Positions 56,001 to 64,000 of a stretch of 64,000 nt of DNA are shown here, in pieces. Position numbers and translations under genes: made by a program. The stretch is from Lama glama (lineage: Eukaryota), in contig CM052817.1 in assembly GCA_028534125.1 (NCBI GenBank), forward strand, positions 248,001 through 312,000, given 5' to 3'. Each line of letters opens with the position of its first letter. Positions within the stretch are counted from its first letter, which is position 1. Under the pieces are notes generated by a model. That model was not told where the DNA came from. It saw only the letters and a list, made by a program, of their open reading frames with translations, and did not search any database.

Positions 56001-59000
56001 AAGGAAGGGATGGGTGGGCCACAGGGGCCAGGCTGGCAGTGCACAGCGTGCTATGGGGGATGGTGACCAGGCCCTGGCGGGACGGTGGCAGCCGGGGAGG
56101 GACACCTGGGCCGACACACTGGGAAAGGGGAGGGTCCTCGGTGGGGCTAGGGAGCCTGGGTGGTCAGCGCGTGCGGCAGCCTCAGAGAGAGCAGTCATCT
56201 CTCTGTGCGGCGTTCTTCCCACTTTCCTCTTTGTCCCCCTTCCCTGGCCTCCTTGCCTGGGCCCCTGCCCGTCATCACCTGTGACATAGCTTGTCACAGC
56301 CTCCCCACCCCCAGGCCCACCTACCGCAGCCTCCCTGCCAAGCCATGGCCATCCTCCCAGGCGTCCTCGCCACCCTTCCCCATCCGGGACACTGCTGGAC
56401 CCACCCTCCAGGTCCAGCCACTGCTCACTGCCCTGACTCAGGTCGTTCTGACCTCCCTCTGGACCACCTTCCTCTGCTGGTGACACTCAGGTCCCAGGGC
56501 CTCTGCCCTGAGCCCCTCATGCCGGTACTGGCGCCTGCTCCCCCTGGACTCACATCCCTCCAGACCGGGGCAGGGTCCCCCGACCTCCACTGTACTCGTG
56601 TTCCCTGTTGTGTGTTGTTTCCTCCTGTCCCGCAGCACCTCCCACCCCATCCCCTCCTGCCTTCTCCCAGAGCCCCTGCTCTTACCTGCCTCACACCTGG
56701 GATCCGCCCCCCACCCCGTGTGTGTCTGCCGAGTGACATGTGTGACTTGTCACGTGGAAACTGGGTGATAAGCAGGCCTGTGAGGCCAGCCTGCCCTGTC
56801 TGTTTACAAAGTGCCCCTTGTCTCCCTGAGTCCTCTGGCCACGCCAGGTGACGTGGACACACAGCCAGGAAGGATGGGCGGGAGCCCTTCCGTGAGGGTG
56901 GGGCACAGGGTGGGGCGGTGGGACCACCTCGGATTAGAAACACTCCTGGCCTGCCATGCTCCCCTGTTCAAATAATTGGGTTTATGCATCACATGGAATT
57001 GACCGCTGTGGCTGTTTTAAAGTGCACAGCTCAGCAGCATTAATTTCAATCACATCGCTGTGCACCCATCACCCCTGTCTGATCTTAGAACTTTCATCAC
57101 CCCAAACTGAAAGCCTATACCCATTAGCGGTCACTCCTGACTCCTCCTCCCCTCAGTCCCAGGAAACCACGAATCTACTTTCTGTCTATACAGACTTGCC
57201 TGTTCTGGGTATTTCACATAAACAATCACAAAATATGAGGCTTGTGTGTGTGGCTTCTTTCACGCAGCGTGTGTTCAAGGATCACCCCTGCTGTCACAGT
57301 GTCAGGACTCCCTCCCTCCATCAGCCACTGGTGGACGGGCCACATCCTGCGTCCACGATACTTGCATCTCAGCTGCTGTGAATAGTGACGCATGAACGTG
57401 GGTGTGCGAATGTCTTTTCGAGACCCTGCTTTCAGTTCTTTGGGGTTTATACCCAGAAGTGGAATTGCTGGATCCTATGGTAATTATCTGTTTTAATTTC
57501 TTGAGGACATTCTGTTCTGTTTTTCACAGCAGCAGCGCCATCTTACGTCCCACCAACAGTGTGCGAGGGCTCCAGCCTCCCTGTCCTCGCTGCCGCCTGT
57601 CCCCAGGCGTGCGGTGCTCTCTCGTGGTTTGGATTCGCGTCTCCCCGAGGACTGGTGGTGCTGAGCACCTGTCCCCGTGTGTGGGGGCCACGTCTCTCTT
57701 CGGAGAAATGTCAGTTCAAGTCCTCTGCCCATTTTCCAGTTGGTTACTTGTCTTTCTGACGTGGAGCTGGAGGAGCTCCCACACGTGCTGGACACGAGGT
57801 TCTTCTCTGACAGGAGGTTTGAGCATGCTCCCAGCCTCCTGGTAACACTCCCTGACGCACAGCAGGTTTGCATCTTGATGGGGAACGAGCCGCCGGTCTT
57901 GCTTCTGTTGCTTGTGCTGCCCTCCCTCTGGAGCAGATGGCTCCAGGGTGGGATTCCTGAGTCCGGCCCTCGGTGGAGGTGCCAAGCCCCACTGACACAC
58001 CCGTGTCTCCTGCAGTCGTACCTGCTGATGGCGACAGTCATCTTCCTCCCCTACGTCAGCAAGGCCGCCAGCTGGTGCCGAGGCAGTCTTGTGGGTAGGT
58101 GCCTGGGCGGGCTAGAGTGGGGGCCTCGGAGCACCCTTGCCAGCCGGGCGTCCCTGCAGGGTCCTCTCCCCTGGCCTGCATGCTCTGGCCCCTCAGGCAA
58201 GAGGGCAGTGACCCCCAACTGGCCCCGAGGCCCTGAGGGCTTGGCTGCTCTTCCCCCTGCACTCCCGCAGGCCCCAGGGAGCCCCCAGCTCACAGCCTGG
58301 AGTTCTTCACCTTCGACCTGCATGGGCCTCTCAGCAAGGAGCGGGTGGACGCCTTCAGCGACGGGGTCTACGCCATCGTGGCCACGCTGCTCATCCTGGA
58401 CATTTGGTGAGGACCCGCCCAGGCTCCAACCCCAGAGGCCCTGAGGTCTCCCTGCCCCCCTCCCCAGAGGGAGCCCCACCCTGAGGACCCACCTGACTGT
58501 GTGGGTGGCTTCTCGTCTCCCTATGTCGGTCCCCAAGTTCCACTGAGTTCCTGCCCCCACCCTTCACTGCAGCTCTTCTGCTCCGCCTGGCCTGCCCTCC
58601 AGTCAGTCTGAGTTCCAGCCTGAGTTACTGGCCTTTTATTTCTAACTGTCCTACCTGCTGCTTTTCCAGCCTTCCGTCCTTTTTTGTAGTGTTTTATTCC
58701 TCGGTCACATTCCAGTTTGTTCTTACTTTGTCAATGTTAAAACACCCTGATTTTCTGTTCTGTTTCTGACAGTCTGCAGTCACGACGCTCCCAGTTTTCT
58801 CTTGGCAGTGTTTTCTTACTGTCATTTGTGAATTTTTAAGAAGTCGGGAGCAAATGCCCATTGGTACCAGTCTCTGAGGCCTAGACCTGTGGTTCTGGAA
58901 TGAGCTGGCTTTGCCTCTGCCCTGCAGCCAGAGCCATTCTGCAGGTCCCCCCAGCGGGGGCAGCACGGAGTGGCTGTGGGGCCCAGGGCCCAGGGGCCCA

Positions 59001-60247
59001 GGTGCAGACCCCCAGGAAACCCCCCATCTCTGTCCCCTGCTGTTGTGAGGACAGAGGTGGCCCAGGCTGCTTCAGCCCCTCCACAGCACCCACCACCTCC
59101 ATGAGGGGAGAAGCCTGGGCCCAGCGTGCCTTCACATTGGTCCTTACAGTGAAGTTCGGCCCAGGAATCAGAACCTCAGAGGCAAACCCCCTCAGATCTG
59201 CAGGACCACTGTGGACTGCAGGAAGCTGCAGGAGGGTGGACAGACCTCACAAGCCCCCACCCACGTGGGCCAGAGGGGCTGACGGCTCAGGGCCCAGGCT
59301 GCTCACCAGCCCTGGGGGCCAGCAGGCAGGGCTGCCAGTCAGCAGAGAAACCCAAGATGCAGTTAAATTTGAGCTTGTGAGCACTGAATTGTTTAGTATC
59401 CTGCCTGCAGTGAGCACAGATCAAGGAAAACTCAGTGCACGTCATTCATCTGAAGTTGGGGGGGGAGGGCGGGATGCAGCCCCTCAGGCCTGGGACAGGG
59501 TGGGCCAGCAGCCCTGAGCCGAAGCCCTCAGTACGGCTGCTGCAAATGCCACGTGTCTCACTCCTCAGCGAAGACAACGTCCCGGACCCGAAGGACGTGC
59601 GGGAGAAGTTCAGCGGCAGCCTGGTGGCAGCACTGAGCGAGTCGGGGCCGCGCTTCCTGGCCTACTTCGGCTCCTTCGCCACAGTCGGCCTGCTCTGGTT
59701 CGCTCACCACTCGCTCTTCCTGCACGTCCGCAAGGCCACGCAGCCCATGGGGCTGCTCAACACACTCTCGCTGGCCTTCGTGGGCGGCCTGCCCCTGGCC
59801 TACCAGCAGACCTCAGCCTTCGCACGGCAGCCCCACGACGAGCTGGAGAGGGTGCGCGTCAGCTGCGCCATCATCTTCTTTGCCAGCATCTTCCAGTTTG
59901 CCATCTGGACCACGGCGCTGCTGCAGGAGGGGGAGACGCTGCAGCCCTCCGTACGCTTTGGCGGCCAGGAGCACGCCTTCATGTTTGCCAAGCTCGCACT
60001 GTACCCCTGTGCCAGCCTGCTGGCCTTTGCCTCCACCTGCATCCTGACCAGGTTCAGCACGGCCATCTTCCACCTCATGCAGATCGCTGTGCCCTTCGCC
60101 TTTCTGCTGCTGCGGCTCCTCGTGCGCCTGGCACTGGCCATCCTGTGGGCCCTGCCGCGCCTTGCCCTGCGGCCGGCACCCACCCCGCCAGCGCCTGGGG
60201 ACCCCAGGGACGACACGCGCTCCCTGCTCCACCCTGCCCCCTGCTAG
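49869..60247 (+). CDS. TMEM175: Endosomal/lysosomal K+/H+ channel TMEM175, complete spliced CDS of 1521 nt (506 aa)
   Basis: Ten coding exons splice in frame; two RxxxFSD repeats (RMLSFSDALLSII and RVDAFSDGVYAIV); ends LLHPAPC-TAG. Confidence 0.98.
50215..50253 (+). CDS. TMEM175: TMEM175 exon 3 (39 nt) ILPVTHTNISPEQ
   Basis: cccgtag acceptor, CAG|GTACTT donor. Confidence 0.95.
51925..52022 (+). CDS. TMEM175: TMEM175 exon 4 (98 nt) EFDKSIQKLLATRIAVYLMTFLIVTVAWAAHT
   Basis: ttctgttccag acceptor, CG|GTATGG donor. Confidence 0.96.
53376..53427 (+). CDS. TMEM175: TMEM175 exon 5 (52 nt) LFQVVGKIDDTLALLNL
   Basis: ttcag acceptor, CTG|GTGAGC donor. Confidence 0.96.
53572..53607 (+). CDS. TMEM175: TMEM175 exon 6 (36 nt) ACMMTITFLPFT
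   Basis: cttccccag acceptor, ACA|GTGAGT donor. Confidence 0.96.
54229..54312 (+). CDS. TMEM175: TMEM175 exon 7 (84 nt) FSLMVTFPDVPLGIFLFCMCVIAIGAVQ
   Basis: ctgcag acceptor, CAG|GTGGGA donor. Confidence 0.96.
54603..54767 (+). CDS. TMEM175: TMEM175 exon 8 (165 nt) ALIVGYAFHFPHLL...FSLFFYPA
   Basis: ctcctgcag acceptor, GCG|GTGAGT donor. Confidence 0.96.
56970..57870 (-). mobile_element. L1MB-like 3' region in TMEM175 intron 8
   Basis: tagaactttcatcaccccaaactgaaa...atacccagaagtggaattgctggatc...ggagaaatgtcagttcaagtcc. Confidence 0.75.
58016..58094 (+). CDS. TMEM175: TMEM175 exon 9 (79 nt) SYLLMATVIFLPYVSKAASWCRGSLV
   Basis: ctcctgcag acceptor, G|GTAGGT donor. Confidence 0.95.
58271..58406 (+). 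CDS. TMEM175: TMEM175 exon 10 (136 nt) PREPPAHSLEFF...ERVDAFSDGVYAIVATLLILDI
   Basis: cccgcag acceptor, TG|GTGAGG donor. Confidence 0.96.
59569..60247 (+). CDS. TMEM175: TMEM175 terminal exon CDS (679 nt) EDNVPDPKDV...LLHPAPC*
   Basis: ctcctcag acceptor; matches ORF track 59435..60247; multiple TM helices. Confidence 0.97.
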
Positions 60248-61920
60248 TGCCACCGGCACCCCCAACCCCAGCCTGAGGTCGGTGCATGCGCGGGGCCAGC
60301 TTGAGTCTTTTCCTTGTGAGACGCCTGCGTGGCATGAGTCCGCAGGTTGTCATCTGCTTGCGCAGTCAAGAGTCTCATGGGAGCTTCACTTGTGTTGCCA
60401 CATCCTTCTGTCCGCCCAGGTCTACTTTTCTGTCTCTGCCTCCATCAAGCAAAGATGGGCTGCGGGCAGGGGGCAGCTGGGGACCAGCGGGGAGACCACA
60501 GCCTCAGCCCGAGGCGACCGTGGGTGTATGACATGGCCCGCATCCTGGACAGGTAGCAGCCCCTCCCCAGGCCCACTGTCCCCGCCCACGGAATGCCCCA
60601 GTGGTGCTGGGCTGCCTGCCAGCCCTCCCCACGCCACAGACTGGTCTCAGGCGCAGAGAAGCAGGAGACCATGCAGGACTGGATTCCCGGACTGTATTTG
60701 TCCCAGATATAAGTTATGGTCACCTTCAGGTAGTGGTAAGTTACACGTGAGGGAGGGCATCAGTGCGGAGCCCCCTCTGGGGACACAGACTCACTTAAAT
60801 ACGGAGGACCTGACCACCCACAGGGCCTGCAAAGCAAAAGCCAAGTCCACCCCCAGGGACACAGACATGAGAGTCTCACACATCACACGTGTTCCAGAGG
60901 AACCCAAGAAGGCTGCTTGTCACTTGCAGCCCTTACGATGCATGTCTGGGTGGTTTCAGCACAAGCTTGGGGGGCTGGGTGGGGCCACATCTGAGGTTGA
61001 GGCCAAACGTCCTGGTGATGCTGCCGCCTGAGGTGTGAAGGCTAGGAGGCCCGACTGCCAAGGGCGAGGATACCAGACAGTCAGGAGAGGCGGGCCTTCT
61101 GGGGCGCGGGGTGCGCTAGGCAGCTTGTTACATTTTGATCAGGTTCCCCTGTGGGCTGAGCCAGCTGGACCTGGGCTCAGCAGCAGGGCTGTGGTGAGCA
61201 GCCCACCCAGCAGCCACAGCCATGTCCCATGGCACTGAGCCCCCCCCCATGGAGAAGCAACGAGCAGACATGGAACTGGCTTGGCGACTGGACAGATGGA
61301 AGGAAAGGCCCCACACTGAGCTCAGTGATTAAAGCCACTGCTCCCCACTTCACACTCTCCTGACTCCCTCTGGGCTCCCGGCCAGGCCTGCTGCTCCCTG
61401 CTGGGCAGCACACCAGGTCTCCAGGGAGTAGCCAAGCACCTGCCTCCCCAGGTGCATCCCTGTCACTCCAGGGCCACCAACCCAGCTCAAGGCCAGGCCC
61501 AGCCAGGCCCTACCCAGGCCAGGAGAGGACACACCTCCCCCAAGACAGACAGCAGGCACCCTGCCCAGGTCCAGTGGTGAAGTGAGGCCAGGGGAAATAG
61601 TGCCTGAGGGGTCCTGGGTCCGTCCTGGGCACATCCAGGGCCCGTGAGCGTAGCCAGAGGGGTGGGAGGTGCAGTCCAGCACTGCCCCTCTCAAGGGGTT
61701 CAATGGAGGCACAGGAACACAAAGGGAGGAGTGCTTGCCCCCCAAGGACAGTGGCCCGGGCCCCAGGGGGTGAGAGGGGTGGCCAGTGGGAGCCCCATGC
61801 CCAACACCCACCCTGCAGCTTCCATGTGGCACAGGGATTGGGACAAGGAGACACCTGTGGTCAGAGCTGTGTTTGAGTCCCTCTACCGCAGGCACTTCTG
61901 CAGGACTCCAGGGCCCGCCT

Positions 61921-62022
61921 CTACTTGGAGTCTCCCTCGGGGGCAGGCTCCCCGTCCATTCGTGCATCCCTGGGGGGCCCAGCCTTCCTGGGCTTCTGCT
62001 TGGCCTTCCTGAGCATGTGGAC
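61921..62022 (-). CDS. DGKQ: DGKQ terminal exon CDS (102 nt) [10 protein letters not shown]...EGDSK*
   Basis: ggacag acceptor; TAG at 61921-61923. Confidence 0.94.
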   Translation of the reverse strand, partial: VHMLRKAKQKPRKAGPPRDARMDGEPAPEGDSK

Positions 62023-63908
62023 CTGTCCCAGGACAGACAGGGTCAGACGGCTGCCCAACACTGCAGGCGCCTGGCCTGGGGCTCCTGTAACAGCTGGTGC
62101 CACCTCAGCCCACTTCACGGGATGGGAAGGAGCAGGAGGCTTAAGCCTGCTGCCCTAGAGATGCCCTCCCCTCTGAGGCACCAGGGGGCTCATTTCCATG
62201 AGAAACAGGTGCCCCTTAGGGGCTGGCCAGCCTCTTCCGGGCCCTGTGACCTCCCTGGGCACCTGGCCAGGCCAGCCAGTACCAAGCCCACCCGACTGCT
62301 GGCTCTCCGGCCGCACCCAGCTCAACCCACACTTAACACACCTTGGGGCCTGCAGCTGCGATGATCATGTGCCCGGGAGCCTGGACCCAGGGCTCGCCGT
62401 CCACCTGCACAGGTGTGGCCTTGAGGAGGGTGACACGGAAGTAGGACCCCTGGGCGATGCGGATACCAGAGCGCAGCCCACCCTGGACCTGACCCTGGGG
62501 GCCAAGAGGGCGAGCCTCACTCAGCGGGCCCTGACGGACACCTCGGCCCTGGTCCCCACGCCCCGGCCCCCACACTTACCATGTGCACGACGCCCGTCAC
62601 CCCCACCACCTCCAGCAGCCCGTCATCCATGCGTGGCTTCTCGAACTTGGAGTCATTGTCAGAGCCCCACAGGTCGGCCCCCGAGCCCCAGCTGCACCAG
62701 GAGGGAGGGGCATACAGGTAAGAGTGCCCGCTGGACAGAAGGCCGGAGGAGGACAGAGCCCAGGAGCACCCCCCCGCCTCCCTGGCACCTGGGGATATTG
62801 ATGAAGATGAGGCCCTCGATGTTGGGCAGCTCCACCTCCTGCTGCTCCACCTGCAGCCGGATCTCCCGGTGCAGCCCGCGGGCCTGGCTGAGCTTCTGCA
62901 GCCCCACCCGCACGTACACGCCCTTGTTGTGGAGCCTGTGGGGCAGGGCAGCCTGCATCACAAGGTGGGGTGCGACCCCCGCGGCAGCCCCCGGGTCCTA
63001 GCCCCTGTCCCTCTGTCACTGCCGGGGGCCCCAGGAAGTAACCGCTCCTGCCCCCGCGCCTCCAGCACCTGCTCGTGAACTTGCCAGGCTCTTCCTCCCG
63101 AGCCTGGTGGAAGTCCAAGCTCAGCTCTGCATCGATGCCAATCCCACAGTAGTTACTCATGTGTACGATCTGAGAACAGGAAATCCTCCCGTGGCCCAGT
63201 CCACCCCCACCAGGTGCTCCCCACCCCCCCCCAGGTGGGTCCTGCCTCCTCGTCTCAGAGCTGCTTCTGCACCCAAGAGGGGGCAGTGTGGCACATGACC
63301 CAGCACGGCCAGTCCCCACCCTGTGCCTCAGCTTCAGGGGACAGCACTAGCGCCGACACCAAGGTGTGGCTGGGACGAGGACAAGGGCCTGGACAGATGT
63401 GGTAGTCGCCCACAGGGGCCCAACGGTGCCACACCCTGACCTGGGCACAGCAGTACCTTGGGCGGCTCTGCGTCCACCACACTGCCCTCCCCTCCACCAG
63501 CCTCCTGAGCGTCCAGCAGGATGGTCCAGCGGTCCATGAGCACAGCGTCAGCCTCGTCCACCGACAGCAGCACAGAGAATGGATCCTCTCCACTGTAGCC
63601 CGCCCCCCAGCGGAGGACCCGGCCCAGGTCATTCCCTGGGACACCGGCAAGAACCACACTGATTCTCCACAACCACCTGCCCACCACCCCAGGCCCCGAC
63701 TGAAACGGGGCAGAAGGGACAGGCCCCCGAGCCCCCCTCAACCCCCTGGGTGACCTCACCTGTGCCCAGGGGCAGGATGGCCACGGCAGGCTCTGGGCAG
63801 GCCAGACGGTGCCGCACCTCCTCCAGGGTGGCGAGCACCCAGCCCACAGTGCCGTCCCCTCCACACACCAGCACCCGGAAGCAGGGTACCTGGGAGAACA
63901 CGTGGAAC
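61921..63908 (-). CDS. DGKQ: Diacylglycerol kinase theta, last seven coding exons (catalytic and accessory domain; 5' part right of window)
   Basis: [10 protein letters not shown] and PLGTGNDL catalytic motifs, [28 protein letters not shown]; ends EGDSK-TAG. Confidence 0.97.
62342..62494 (-). CDS. DGKQ: DGKQ exon (approx. 22; 153 nt) [10 protein letters not shown]...AAAGPK
   Basis: cccccag acceptor, AAG|GTGTGT donor. Confidence 0.95.
62580..62691 (-). CDS. DGKQ: DGKQ exon (approx. 21; 112 nt) [10 protein letters not shown]...VTGVVHM
   Basis: gtgcag acceptor, ATG|GTAAGT donor. Confidence 0.95.
62789..62935 (-). CDS. DGKQ: DGKQ exon (approx. 20; 147 nt) [10 protein letters not shown]...LIFINIP
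   Basis: ccacag acceptor, AG|GTGCCA donor. Confidence 0.95.
63069..63169 (-). CDS. DGKQ: DGKQ exon (approx. 19; 101 nt) [20 protein letters not shown]...KFTS
   Basis: ttctcag acceptor, AG|GTGCTG donor. Confidence 0.95.
63457..63635 (-). CDS. DGKQ: DGKQ exon (approx. 18; 179 nt) [10 protein letters not shown]...DAEPPK
   Basis: gtcccag acceptor, AAG|GTACTG donor. Confidence 0.95.
63760..63908 (-). CDS. DGKQ: DGKQ exon (approx. 17; 149 nt) [19 protein letters not shown]...ILPLGT
   Basis: ctgccag acceptor, G|GTGAGG donor. Confidence 0.95.
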
Positions 63909-64000
63909 CTGGCAGCAGGGAGACACGGTGTATCCTACCACCAGCCACATTCACAGCCACGCAACAGGAGGGCACAGGCAATCACCCCTGGGGCAGAAGC

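Noticed and set aside
59435-59568. Upstream part of the 270-aa ORF (MHVIHLK...)
   Set aside because: Intron 10 sequence that happens to be open; the real exon begins at the ctcctcag acceptor (59569).

Overview
This is mammalian genomic DNA, the orthologue of the human 4p16.3 Parkinson-disease locus, most likely from a camelid (inferred from three tRNA-derived Vic-1-like SINEs). GAK lies on the minus strand: coding exons 1-23 at 542-43447, with the J-domain exons off the left edge. TMEM175 lies on the plus strand and is complete (10 coding exons, 49869-60247, 506 aa); it shares a CpG-island bidirectional promoter with GAK. The last seven exons of DGKQ (minus strand, 61921-63908) converge on the TMEM175 3' end. 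All 40 exons were traced by hand, with GT-AG boundaries and consistent phases. Introns hold old L1/L2/MLT1/MER20/Tigger remnants, microsatellites and one 500-N assembly gap. I found no novel gene system. The best leads are: (1) Met instead of Thr at the GAK kinase gatekeeper (T123M, analogous to EGFR T790M); (2) substitutions at functionally studied TMEM175 positions; (3) a (UG)24-containing candidate poison exon in GAK intron 19; (4) a short self-templated palindromic tangle in TMEM175 intron 1; (5) no canonical poly(A) signal between the convergent TMEM175 and DGKQ genes. All human reference residues and exon sizes are recalled from memory and must be verified by alignment.
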